A DNA stretch of 58,564 nucleotides, the filler included, from an uncultured Acidimicrobiales bacterium (lineage in GTDB: Bacteria > Actinomycetota > Acidimicrobiia > Acidimicrobiales > UBA10347), in assembly GCA_943788915.1 (NCBI GenBank). It is 3 parts of 3 records of this genome, joined end to end, with 100 filler letters (N's around TTAATTAATTAA, not from the genome) between each part and the next. Parts side by side here need not be neighbours in the genome. Positions count along the whole stretch, not along the records: positions 31,870 to 58,564 come from CALSSD010000026.1; 2 more parts are not named here. The stretch is one strand, 5' to 3'. The notes below the pieces were generated by a model. That model saw nothing but the letters and a program-made list of their open reading frames with translations. It was not told where the DNA came from and ran no database searches. Each line of letters begins with the position of its first letter. The stretch's first letter is position 1. A program made the translations under genes and the position numbers. Shown one piece after another: positions 38,889 to 48,678 of this stretch.

Positions 38889-40073
38889 ATGGGTCTCTCT
38901 AAACGGTGCGAAAGCGTACTAGTAACTTTCGTCGCCGCTCATGTCGTAAACGACTTCTACGCCACCATCATGCCCGCGTTCCTGCCCGCTCTCTCCGACG
39001 AATTTGACCTGGACTACACCGAACTTGGTGTACTGTCCCTGGCCGCCACGCTCCTAACAGGAGTGCTGCAACCCTCGCTTGGTCACTACGCAGATCGATA
39101 CGGCCGACGAAGATTTGTCGTGTCGCTCGGCTTCTTCACCGCAGGTCTCGGCTTCTTGGCCATGGCGCTGGCACCATCGTTCTACATCATCGTGATCGTT
39201 AGTCTGCTCGTTGGACTCGGTGCCGCCAGCTATCACCCGCAGGCAACTGCCTTCCTGGTGCGTTCGTACCCGACCGAACGAGGCCGCACCCTCGGCATTC
39301 ATGGTTGGGGCGGCTCGATCGGACACTTCGCGGCCCCGGCAGCGGCCACGCTCGCGGTTGCTGCGATCGACTGGCGAGCGGCCATGGTCGTAATCGCCTC
39401 GCCGCTTCTTGCCACCGCAGTGATCCTGAGATCCCAGCTCGACGAGACCGAACCCAACCCCGAAGCACGACTTCGAGGTGCTCTCAGCCAACAATTGCTA
39501 CTGGTAGCAATTGTCTTCGGTCTACTCAGCATGGTGCTGCGTAGCTTCTTAACATTCACGGTAAAGATGCTCGTCGACGAAGGATGGGCCGACACGAGTG
39601 CGGGAACAGCACTAACCGTGATCCTGTTGGTTGGCGCTCTGGCGCAGCCTGTTGGTGGTCGCGTCTTTGACCAAGTTGGGGCCCGGGTTGTCTTGATCGG
39701 AGCCTGCATTGGGTCGAGCGTGTCCATCGCCCTCTTCAGCATCACAGACGGAACATGGGCTCTGTTAGCGATTGGACTCATAGCCTTCTTCGGTTTCGCG
39801 CTCTTCCCGGTCGGACTAGCTCTCGCAAGCCAACTCGCCTCAGACGGACAGACCGGCGCAGCCGTTGGCATCATCTTCGGGGTATCCGGCCTGATGTCGG
39901 CAGCAGCGCAACCAGTCGTCGGCGCCCTCGGTGAGAATCTTGGCGACATCCGACTCGCGCTCAGTTGGACGGTTGTTGTCCCATTGATCGCGATCCCGCT
40001 GGCAGGAATGATCCACCGTGGTCACGTTGAAACCGCAACTGAGGCGACCGAAACAGCAGACACCGTCGCCTGA
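38889..40073 (+). CDS. MFS transporter (Fsr/fosmidomycin resistance-like)
   Basis: HVVND, LQP..GHYADRYGRR and GLGAASYHP motifs; about 12 TM segments. Confidence 0.88.
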   Translation: MGLSKRCESVLVTFVAAHVVNDFYATIMPAFLPALSDEFDLDYTELGVLSLAATLLTGVLQPSLGHYADRYGRRRFVVSLGFFTAGLGFLAMALAPSFYIIVIVSLLVGLGAASYHPQATAFLVRSYPTERGRTLGIHGWGGSIGHFAAPAAATLAVAAIDWRAAMVVIASPLLATAVILRSQLDETEPNPEARLRGALSQQLLLVAIVFGLLSMVLRSFLTFTVKMLVDEGWADTSAGTALTVILLVGALAQPVGGRVFDQVGARVVLIGACIGSSVSIALFSITDGTWALLAIGLIAFFGFALFPVGLALASQLASDGQTGAAVGIIFGVSGLMSAAAQPVVGALGENLGDIRLALSWTVVVPLIAIPLAGMIHRGHVETATEATETADTVA

Positions 40074-40124
40074 CCAGCGGCTTCTCGTGAGCGCGGCGGC
40101 TACCACGATCCCTGTTAGCGGCTG

Positions 40125-40526
40125 TTACGACGGCGGCGCTGGATCCGGCACGATCCCCTCGGCTTCGAGTACCTCGCGTCCCAGCCGAAATGCTTCGACG
40201 CCAGCCGGGATGCCGGCGTAGACAGCGATCTGCAGCAATGTGTCGCGCAACTCATCAAGGGTTGCGCCATTCCCAAGGGCGCCTTTGAAGTGCAGCTTGA
40301 ACTCTTTGGGCCGGTTCAGCGCAGCCAAGATGCACAGGTTGTTCAGGCTTCGCTGTTTGTCGCTGAGCACGGTGCGGCCCCAAATTTCGCCCCAGCAATA
40401 CTCGGTGACCATCTCCTGGAAGTCACGGTTGAAGGCATCTGCACCGGTTAGGGCTCCGGTGACATACTCTTCGCCCAGCACTCGGCCTCGCGCCGACTTG
40501 CCCAGCTCGAATCGGTCCTGATCCAT
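40125..40526 (-). CDS. Carboxymuconolactone decarboxylase family protein
   Basis: RVLGEEYV, TEYCWGEIWGR, RSL, HFKGALGNG and AVYAGIPAG motifs. AAGGAG RBS. Confidence 0.88.
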   Translation of the reverse strand: MDQDRFELGKSARGRVLGEEYVTGALTGADAFNRDFQEMVTEYCWGEIWGRTVLSDKQRSLNNLCILAALNRPKEFKLHFKGALGNGATLDELRDTLLQIAVYAGIPAGVEAFRLGREVLEAEGIVPDPAPPS

Positions 40527-40596
40527 CTCAATCTCCTTCTTCTGTCCGTCCACATCCCGTAGTCCCTGGCTAGAATAACCAGCCAGGACGACTGAG

Positions 40597-42228
40597 CTAG
40601 GACAGCACGAAACCTTCGTAATCGTTCTCGGCAACATGACTGCATGCCTCGACATAGGCGGGGAAGCCACCGATCCACGGCATGAACACTCGGGGTTTTC
40701 CCTCGATGTTGCTGCCGATGTACCAGCTATCGCAGTTCGAACGAAGCGACGGCTCGGCGACCTGTGCGACTCGTTCAACCCAGGCAGCTTCGGAGTCGGC
40801 CGTGGCCTCGATTCGGGTGTGACCGTTCGTGTTCATGGACCGAATGCAGTCGGTGATCCAATCACCTTGATGTTCGATACCCGTGACCATCGTGGCGAAG
40901 ACCGACGGGCTACCGGGACCCTGCATATTGAACAGGTTGGGGAACCCTGCAATCCCGAGCCCGAGATAGTTGTGGGGACCGTCTGCCCACTTCTCAGCGA
41001 TGGTTTGTCCGCCAAGCCCGGTGATGTCGATCCGCACGACACTTCCCGTCATCGCGTCGAAACCGGTGGCACACACAATCACATCGAGGTCGTAGTCGCT
41101 ACCGGCTGCGAGCAGACCCGTGGGAGTAAACCGTTCGATGCCGTACTCACTTACATCGACCAGGCTGACGTTGCTGCGGTTGTAGGTTTCGAAGTAGTTG
41201 GTGCCAGCGCACAGACGTTTACCCCCGAAGACATCGCCGTTCGGTATCAGTAACTCCGCAATCGCAGGGTCATCGACAATGTGTCGAACCTTGCTCTTCC
41301 ACCATGCGATCACGGCCTCGTTTGCAGCCTTGTTGCTGAGTAGGTCGCCGAACGATCCGAGAAACGGCAAACCTCCGATTTCCCAGTACTTCTCAAATTG
41401 TGCAGCACGATCGGCCTCGTCCATGTCGAAGACCGAGCCTGTGTTGCGCTCGAACTCGAACGCGCTGAGGCTCTTCCAGGCGGCTGCTCGTAGCTTGTCG
41501 TAGGACGACTTGATCTGCGCCACCTCGTGTGACGCGAGCGGCCGGTTCTGGGCCGGCACTACGTAGTTCGGCGTCCGTTGGAAGACGAACAGTTGGTCGG
41601 CCTGTTCCGCTATCAGAGGGATCGATTGGATACCTGATGACCCGGTGCCGATCACACCAACCCGTTTGCCAGCAAGGTCAACATCACCTTGGGGCCATCG
41701 GCCGGTGTGGATCAATTCGCCTTCGAAGAGATGGCTATCTGCGAACCGTGGCATTTCGATGGTTGACAGACAACCAACGCCAAGGATGAGGTGCCTCGCC
41801 GTCACCGTCGTGGTCGCCGCATCGGCCAAAGCACCTGCGTCCTGGGTGGCGACCGTCCAGTAGTCGTTCGACTCATCAAACTCGGCGGCCGCTACCCGCG
41901 TTTCCAGACTGATGTCCCGGCGGAGATCGAATCGTTCGGCAACATGTTTTATGTATGCCAGCAGCTCAGGCTGGCTGGCGTAGCGCTCCGACCATGTCCA
42001 CTCCTGCTGGAGGGCATCATCGAACTGAAACGAGTACTGCACGCTCTCGATGTCGCAGCGACAACCCGGGTACCGATTCCAGTACCAGGTACCACCGACC
42101 TCGGGAGCGGCGTCGTACACGATCGCCGAAAGGCCAGCTTGTCGCAGACTGTGCAACATGTACAGGCCCGCGAAACCTGCCCCAACAATGACGGCATCAA
42201 ACTTCGGTTTCGGCGACCCATTCCCCAT
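40597..42228 (-). CDS. Type I Baeyer-Villiger monooxygenase (cyclohexanone/phenylacetone monooxygenase family)
   Basis: GAGFAG, GGTWYWNRYPG, fingerprint FEGELIHTGRWP, GTGSSG, KRLC, ATGFDA and SWYIGSN motifs. Confidence 0.92.
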   Translation of the reverse strand: MGNGSPKPKFDAVIVGAGFAGLYMLHSLRQAGLSAIVYDAAPEVGGTWYWNRYPGCRCDIESVQYSFQFDDALQQEWTWSERYASQPELLAYIKHVAERFDLRRDISLETRVAAAEFDESNDYWTVATQDAGALADAATTTVTARHLILGVGCLSTIEMPRFADSHLFEGELIHTGRWPQGDVDLAGKRVGVIGTGSSGIQSIPLIAEQADQLFVFQRTPNYVVPAQNRPLASHEVAQIKSSYDKLRAAAWKSLSAFEFERNTGSVFDMDEADRAAQFEKYWEIGGLPFLGSFGDLLSNKAANEAVIAWWKSKVRHIVDDPAIAELLIPNGDVFGGKRLCAGTNYFETYNRSNVSLVDVSEYGIERFTPTGLLAAGSDYDLDVIVCATGFDAMTGSVVRIDITGLGGQTIAEKWADGPHNYLGLGIAGFPNLFNMQGPGSPSVFATMVTGIEHQGDWITDCIRSMNTNGHTRIEATADSEAAWVERVAQVAEPSLRSNCDSWYIGSNIEGKPRVFMPWIGGFPAYVEACSHVAENDYEGFVLS

Positions 42229-42354
42229 CTATCGATAGTGACACAACCGACAGGGCCCGACACAAGGGCGATGTGTGCCACCACGCCGACTCAAGACAGT
42301 TTCCCATCCGGTCATCTTCAAGCCGAACCGACACAAACACGCCAATCGCTCTGG

Positions 42355-43350
42355 TCACGCACCTATGACGTGCTCACCAAAGAGATCGATCGACCGCAGC
42401 GCTTCATCGTGGCTCAAATCGCCGAAAGCAAACGCGCCGACGACATAGTCGACCTGTCCGTTCGCCGTGAGGTCTTCGACATGTCCCCGGATTCGTTCGG
42501 GTGATCCGGTCACGATTACTTGGAGTTCACATGCCCGGTCATAGTCGCCACCAATCGTTGGGTCGTTCGGAATAGGGCAGTTGAAGCGCCGAAAGAGCAA
42601 ACCCAGGTTGTGGGTGTAGGTGGCCCACGCGCGGCGTCCAAGCTCGTCGGCCTCACGGTCGGTCGGAGCGACGATGAACTTCCTGATCGCACCGACGGTC
42701 GGTTCGTGACCACCGCCCACACCAGGTTGACGCAGTGTTTGGTATCGATCAATTGCTGCGTGTACGAGCGCAATCGGACCGCCAACAATCGTGCTGACAC
42801 CGAGCGCCGCGGCCATCTCGACATTGCCGGGCCGCCACAGTGGTGGGTACGGATCCTGCAACGGTCGAAGTTCCATTGGAACATCTTCCAGCTCGTAGAA
42901 CCGGCCGCTGTACGAGAAATCGCCTTCACTTGTGAAGGCGCTCAGCAACAGATCGAGCATTTCCTCGGTGCGATCGGCCGCCTCATCAGGATCGAGTCCC
43001 CATAGCTGGTGTTCAGGTGCGCTGACTCCCTTGCCGAACCCGATCTCAAACCGACCACCCGTCAGGTGGTCCAGCATGCAGATCTCTTCGAGCAACCGAA
43101 GCGGGTGGTAAAAGGGCAGGATGTGGACTAGGGAGCACAACCTCATTCGGGAGGTCCGCTGAGCGAGCGCTCCGAGAAAGACCCCCATGCTCGGTGCATG
43201 ATCGAGCGGAATCAGGTGGTGCTCGGACTTGTGGTATCCCCAGAAGCCAACCTCCTCGGCTCGCTCCGCCAGCGCCAGTCGGCTCTCCAACAGCGCGCCG
43301 AGAGCAACACCTCCTGGCTGTTCCCCCTGATCGAACACACCGAATCGCAT
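42355..43350 (-). CDS. LLM class (luciferase-like) flavin-dependent oxidoreductase
   Basis: SEHH, YHPLRLLEEICMLDHLTGGRFEIGFGKG and PLQDPYPP motifs. Confidence 0.88.
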   Translation of the reverse strand: MRFGVFDQGEQPGGVALGALLESRLALAERAEEVGFWGYHKSEHHLIPLDHAPSMGVFLGALAQRTSRMRLCSLVHILPFYHPLRLLEEICMLDHLTGGRFEIGFGKGVSAPEHQLWGLDPDEAADRTEEMLDLLLSAFTSEGDFSYSGRFYELEDVPMELRPLQDPYPPLWRPGNVEMAAALGVSTIVGGPIALVHAAIDRYQTLRQPGVGGGHEPTVGAIRKFIVAPTDREADELGRRAWATYTHNLGLLFRRFNCPIPNDPTIGGDYDRACELQVIVTGSPERIRGHVEDLTANGQVDYVVGAFAFGDLSHDEALRSIDLFGEHVIGA

Positions 43351-43484
43351 CACGCTGCCCCTTGGTTCACACCGTAGGCGCCACTGCTACCAACAACGGA
43401 ACTGTCGCTACCCGCGGCCGTGCCAACTTCTGTCTCACTACGGCATCCAGTTACTGTCAGTGCACCGACCTGGAAGGCCACAAC

Positions 43485-44891
43485 ATGACCGAACTCTGGA
43501 AGATGAGTGCGACCGATGTCGCTGCTCAGGTACACAACAAGCAGCTCAAGCCGAGCGAGGCAATCGCAGCTGCCATCAACCGGGCCGAAGCGACGAACAC
43601 ACATCTCAACGCCATCACGCTGCCGTTGTACGAGCAGGCGATGAGCGAAGCCGCCATGGCTGATGAGCAAGTTGCCGCTGGTGATGAACTTGGGCCGTTG
43701 CACGGCGTGCCGATCACGATCAAGGAGAACGTCGATATGGCGGGACTCCCGAACACCAACGGTGTGCCAGCGTTCGCCAACCTGATGGCATCCGAGGACG
43801 CGCCGCTTGTGCGCAACCTGCGCAACGCCGGTGCCATCGTTATCGGACGCACCAACACGCCCGAGTTCTCGATGCGCGCCACCACCGATAATCCGCTACG
43901 CGGCCGCACCTTCAACCCGTGGGAAGATCTGGCCTCGCCAGGCGGTTCGTCAGGCGGCGCTGGGTCGGCGTGTGCTGCCGGTATCGCACCGCTCAATCAT
44001 GGCAATGACATTGGCGGCTCGCTTCGATTTCCGGCATTTGCTAACGGCGTAACAACAGTAAAACCAACAAGCATGCGGGTACCGGTGTTCAACTCCTCCG
44101 CGACCGCCGAACGAGGCCCGCTGTCCCAAGCCATGTCGGTCCAAGGCATCATCGCTCGCCACGCGGCCGACGTCCGGCTTGCGACCAGCGTGATGATCGA
44201 ACCAGATCCTCGTGACCCGTTGTCTCCTCCTATTCCGTGGAACGGTCCCGACATTGGAGGCCTACCCACCGTAGCTGTCACAACCGAATCGGCTGGCTAC
44301 GACATCCATCCCGACATCGTGGCTCTGGTGCAACGAGCTGCCGACCAGCTGCGCGATGCCGGATACACCGTCGTCGAAGTTGACCCACCGCCGATTATCG
44401 ACTCAGCACGAGAGTGGTTCCGCTCCGGCACAACGGAAATGGAAGCGACCCTCGACCCGGCTCTTCGAGAGTTCGGCAGCGACACGATCAATCAGATCTT
44501 CGACTGGTATTACGAGCTCTCAGAGATCCTCGACCGCGACAACTACATACGTGCATTCGGCGACCGCACGCGACTTGCTCGTCAATGGAGCATCTTCCTG
44601 AACGATTACCCACTCGTGCTCACGCCATTCCTTATGCGTCCTACCTTTGACTGGGACTATGACACTCGCGGCCTCGACCAGGTCAAAGACCTGTTTGACT
44701 CTGCGATCTACTCGACCGGCATCAACTATCTCGGACTCCCCGCGGGCGTGATCGGCATGGATCTCGTCGCCGACCGACCAGCGGCCGTTCAGCTCGTCGG
44801 TCGCCGCTATCGCGAAGACCTCATCTGTGACGCTATGGAAGCCATCGAGGATCGAAACGGCGCGCTCGCGCACCGGTTGTGGGATCGTTGA
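43485..44891 (+). CDS. Amidase (amidase-signature family)
   Basis: GPLHGVPITIKE, GRTNTPEF, PGGSSGG and GNDIGGSLRFPA (Ser-Ser-Lys triad). Confidence 0.92.
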   Translation: MTELWKMSATDVAAQVHNKQLKPSEAIAAAINRAEATNTHLNAITLPLYEQAMSEAAMADEQVAAGDELGPLHGVPITIKENVDMAGLPNTNGVPAFANLMASEDAPLVRNLRNAGAIVIGRTNTPEFSMRATTDNPLRGRTFNPWEDLASPGGSSGGAGSACAAGIAPLNHGNDIGGSLRFPAFANGVTTVKPTSMRVPVFNSSATAERGPLSQAMSVQGIIARHAADVRLATSVMIEPDPRDPLSPPIPWNGPDIGGLPTVAVTTESAGYDIHPDIVALVQRAADQLRDAGYTVVEVDPPPIIDSAREWFRSGTTEMEATLDPALREFGSDTINQIFDWYYELSEILDRDNYIRAFGDRTRLARQWSIFLNDYPLVLTPFLMRPTFDWDYDTRGLDQVKDLFDSAIYSTGINYLGLPAGVIGMDLVADRPAAVQLVGRRYREDLICDAMEAIEDRNGALAHRLWDR

Positions 44892-45863
44892 TGACGCAGG
44901 TCCTCATTCCTGTCCCCGCCTATGAACGAGTCGCCGACCGTCTCGTTTCCCTGCCCCATCAGATCGAACCGCTGCTTTGGTCAACCGGTGGGGTCGTCGA
45001 CAACGACGGACAACCCGTTGAGAAGCCGGCACCCGGAAGCGGCATGGATGAGTATCGATGCATTCTTCACCGGCGACATGATGACGCTTGCGCAATCCAT
45101 CGTCAGCCTTGGATCGGTCAGCTGGGTCCAAGCACCACTAGCCGGTATCGACGCGCCCCCGTTTCAGCACGTGATCGATGCTGGCATCCGCTTCAGCAAT
45201 TCCGATGCCCCGAACATCGGCGTGGCGGAGTATGTGATGTCTGCCCTTCTGGCGCACCGCCATGGCATTGCGCACAGAATCGAGCATCAACGTGAGCGCC
45301 ACTGGGAACAAGCGCCATGGCCAGAAATTGGTGGCCAGCGCTGGGTCATCGTCGGTTTCGGCTCGATCGGCCACGAGATCGCTCAACGAGCCCGCCCGTT
45401 TGGCGTCGAGATCGTGGGCGTCCGACGCACTGCAGTACCGGATCCAGCGGCCGACCAGATGGCCACGATGGATGAACTCGCTACCGAGCTCGCCCTTGCC
45501 GATGTCGTCATCCTTGCGTGCCCACTTACCGAACAGACTCGTGGCCTCGTCGATCGGGACTTCCTGGCAGCAATGCGTCCCGATGCCGTGTTGGTCAACG
45601 TGGCCCGCGGCGGTGTGGTCAACGACGACGCACTCCTTGCCGCGCTCGACCATGGCACGATCGGGTCAGCCATTCTCGATGTGTTCGACCCCGAGCCGCT
45701 GCCCGAAAGCAGTCCGTTCTGGACCCACGAGAACGTCACGGTCACCAGCCATATCGCGGGCGCTGGCGCGGGTTTTTTGGCTCGTAATGACCAGCTTTTT
45801 ATCGAACAACTCGACGACTACCTCGCTGGCCGCCCGCTTCGACTTGAGGTCAAGCCAACATAA
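44891..45863 (+). pseudogene. D-2-hydroxyacid dehydrogenase, single frameshift near 45033 (possibly a sequencing indel)
   Basis: MTQVLIP start overlaps the amidase stop (TGATG). GFGSIG, PLT..T, LVNVARG, LDVFDPEPL and TSHIAG motifs are in the second frame. Confidence 0.85.
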
Positions 45864-45884
45864 GAAAACGGTACGACTGAGACG

Positions 45885-47816
45885 TCAGCCGACAGGAACC
45901 TGGCGAGGTTCGGTCACGTACTCCGCCAGATCTGCATGACGAGTCCACTCGAAGAAGTCGACGTTGCGATAGGGCGAATTGACCACGATGCGACCTCGGT
46001 CGTTGCGGTAGTAGGTCGACATTCCTTCGTGCGTCCACACCATGTCTTCGTGGGCAGCATCGACCCGCTCGTTGTACGCAGCATGGACATCGGGCAACAC
46101 GTCGACGCTGCCAATGTCGTCGGCAGCCATCTGCCGAATGAGATCCATGATGTAGTGCATCTGCATCTCGATCACATTGATCAGGCTGCCGCCATGACCT
46201 GGCTGCAAGTTCGGCCCATACAGCGTGAAGAAGTTGGGAAACCCAGGCGTGACTGTGCCCAGGTAGGACTTGGCATTGTCGTCATCCCATGAATCGCGCA
46301 ACGTCAGACCGTCGCGCCCCACGGTCTCGTAGGTGTTGATGAACCGAAGTACATCGAAGCCGGTTGCGATGATCAGAACATCGGCATCGAAGGTGCGACC
46401 GTCGACGGTGTGTAGTGACGTTTCGTCGATCGACTCGATCGCGTCGGTAACAAGCTCAACGCTCGGGTTCCGCAACATGCGGTACCAACCGTTGTCCATG
46501 AGCATGCGTTTACCAAACGGTGGATACTTCGGCACGACGACATCGAAGAGATCCTGGCGATCACCAAGTTCGTCGCGGATATACCGCTCGAAGAAACCGC
46601 GGTGGCCGTCATTCGTTGCGTTCAATGAACGGTCACTGTGTTCCCAGTTGGGATCCTTGTGCAGCGCCGCGTGGTTGCGGTCGTTGAACGTCCAACCAAG
46701 GCGCACCCGGTACCACGCTTGATAGATCGGATTCTCTCGCAACAGGAACCGAAGCGAGTCTGGAACGGCGCGTCGGAATTGCTCGAACGGTGCCGCCCAA
46801 TGGTTGGATCGTTGAAAGATCGTGAGCGACTCGACCTGGTCTTGGATGAGCGGCGCAATCTGCATACAACTGGCGCCGTTACCAACAATGGCCACTCGTT
46901 TGCCTTCGAGGCTCACGTCGTCTCGCCACTGAGCCGTGTGGAACGACGGGCCAGCGAAGGTCTCGATGCCGTCGATCTTTGGGGAAACCGGCGGATTGAA
47001 GATGCCAGCACCGCTGATGACCACGTTGGCGGTGCGAACCTCGACCGTTCCGTCGGCTGACCGAGTCGTGACTTTCCAGTCCTGCTCGACCTCTCGGTAC
47101 TCAGCAGTTTCCACCGAGATATTCAACGCGATCGTCGGACGTAGGTCGAACTGGTCAACAACATGACCGAGATATCCCCACAGATCATCGCGAAGTGCGA
47201 AGAACTCGGGCCAGTCGTACTGCACGAACGAGAACGAATACAGATGGTTTGGCGTGTCGACACCTGCGCCCGGATATGTGTTCTCGAGCCATACACCACC
47301 AATGTCGCGATTGCGCTCAAGAATCTCGAATGGGATGCCAGCCGCTTGCAGGTGCACCGCAGCACAAATACCGGAGACACCAGCGCCGATCACGATGGCG
47401 TTGAATCCCTCGGGCACCTCGATGGGTGCGGTGCCCACCGGTTGTTCGCCAAGTTGTGACTTCGTGAATGGCCCATAGAGGTCTGGAATGTCTTCGTCCA
47501 TCGCCACGTGCAGCATCTTGACAAGCAGCTCGGGGTCTGGATCAGCAAGAGCGACAGGGCGGCCTTGTCGCCATGCGGTCATGGCCTCGAGCGCTGCTTC
47601 ACGAACCTCTTGCTGATGTTCGGGACGCAGCCCGCCGGTGTCGTTGTCGCCCAGACCTGCTTGGCGCCGAGGCCGATACGGCTCTTCGAGCCAATGCATC
47701 TCGCCGGTGAGTTGCACCAGGACCATCAGCAGGGTCGGAATGTTGGCGACGTGAACAGCCTCGGTATAGAGCTGTTCTTCTTCGGCAGTCATCGGGGTGT
47801 CAGGCGCAGCGAACAT
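45885..47816 (-). CDS. Flavoprotein monooxygenase, 4-hydroxyacetophenone monooxygenase-like BVMO with N-terminal extension
   Basis: ANIPTLLMVLVQLTG extension, GAGVSG, GGVWLENTYPG, FAGPSFHTAQW, GNGAS and KRMLMDN motifs. Start uncertain (47816 or 47792). Confidence 0.88.
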   Translation of the reverse strand: MFAAPDTPMTAEEEQLYTEAVHVANIPTLLMVLVQLTGEMHWLEEPYRPRRQAGLGDNDTGGLRPEHQQEVREAALEAMTAWRQGRPVALADPDPELLVKMLHVAMDEDIPDLYGPFTKSQLGEQPVGTAPIEVPEGFNAIVIGAGVSGICAAVHLQAAGIPFEILERNRDIGGVWLENTYPGAGVDTPNHLYSFSFVQYDWPEFFALRDDLWGYLGHVVDQFDLRPTIALNISVETAEYREVEQDWKVTTRSADGTVEVRTANVVISGAGIFNPPVSPKIDGIETFAGPSFHTAQWRDDVSLEGKRVAIVGNGASCMQIAPLIQDQVESLTIFQRSNHWAAPFEQFRRAVPDSLRFLLRENPIYQAWYRVRLGWTFNDRNHAALHKDPNWEHSDRSLNATNDGHRGFFERYIRDELGDRQDLFDVVVPKYPPFGKRMLMDNGWYRMLRNPSVELVTDAIESIDETSLHTVDGRTFDADVLIIATGFDVLRFINTYETVGRDGLTLRDSWDDDNAKSYLGTVTPGFPNFFTLYGPNLQPGHGGSLINVIEMQMHYIMDLIRQMAADDIGSVDVLPDVHAAYNERVDAAHEDMVWTHEGMSTYYRNDRGRIVVNSPYRNVDFFEWTRHADLAEYVTEPRQVPVG

Positions 47817-47872
47817 CCAACAAAAGTACAACCGGGTGCGACGTCGTTGTTAACGCCGCTCTCGCCACATCT

Positions 47873-48598
47873 CTAGGGGATACCGACCATCTCGGTGATG
47901 GAGCGAAAGATGAGTCGAGCTTCGTTGTCGAAGTACTCCTCGATGCCGTCGCTCTTGTACAGCTCAAGATACCCGCGGAGCGCATCCTTGTCAGGGAAGT
48001 AGAGCTCGGCCATACCGACATAGGGATCCACGGTCGGTTCCTGAGAGATACTCAGCGCATAACGGAACGCTCCGACCTGCGCCATCACGCCGGCCACGTT
48101 GGGAGCATGCACGTTGAGCCAATGGTCGGTCAGCGCGCCGTGGTCCGTACCCGGGTTTGCGGTCAAGATCGTGGTGACCTTGAGGAAGCCGGAGCGGGTG
48201 CACGGGAATGGCTCGTTGAGGTCATTTGGCGTCAGCGGCAGGTCACCATCGACAACGACATATTCCGTCGTTGGCCATCCGACATAGGGTCGGGCCTTTT
48301 GCTGGAACGCGTCACGAGGGGTTGTGCCATGGGGCTCCTTCTCGCGAGGAAACGGAGCATCGGCCCAGATCTGGGCCACACCGTCCCACACCTGCTCCCC
48401 CGATGGTACCGGGCTGTATAACGTGGCGATGTAGCGCGGTTCAACGGTGCCATTGTTCGCTGCCATCTGCTTCTGCGCAGCAATCACTGCCGGCATGTGG
48501 TTGGCAAACCAGTTCGCTACCAACTCGTCACGGCTCGCTCCCTGTCGGCGACCGATCAGAAACTGCATTTTGGTGCCTGGTGTTGCAACTACGTCCAT
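47873..48598 (-). CDS. Tandem EthD-domain protein
   Basis: Two repeats: WFANHMP...WDGVAQIW and HWLNVHAP...YVGMAELYF. Confidence 0.72.
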   Translation of the reverse strand: MDVVATPGTKMQFLIGRRQGASRDELVANWFANHMPAVIAAQKQMAANNGTVEPRYIATLYSPVPSGEQVWDGVAQIWADAPFPREKEPHGTTPRDAFQQKARPYVGWPTTEYVVVDGDLPLTPNDLNEPFPCTRSGFLKVTTILTANPGTDHGALTDHWLNVHAPNVAGVMAQVGAFRYALSISQEPTVDPYVGMAELYFPDKDALRGYLELYKSDGIEEYFDNEARLIFRSITEMVGIP

Positions 48599-48678
48599 CC
48601 AGTCAACTTATTCCGACCGCAGGAACAGTGCAGAATCCGGTGCTCGAACCATGTCGGGGCTGCCAGCGCGGACGATCG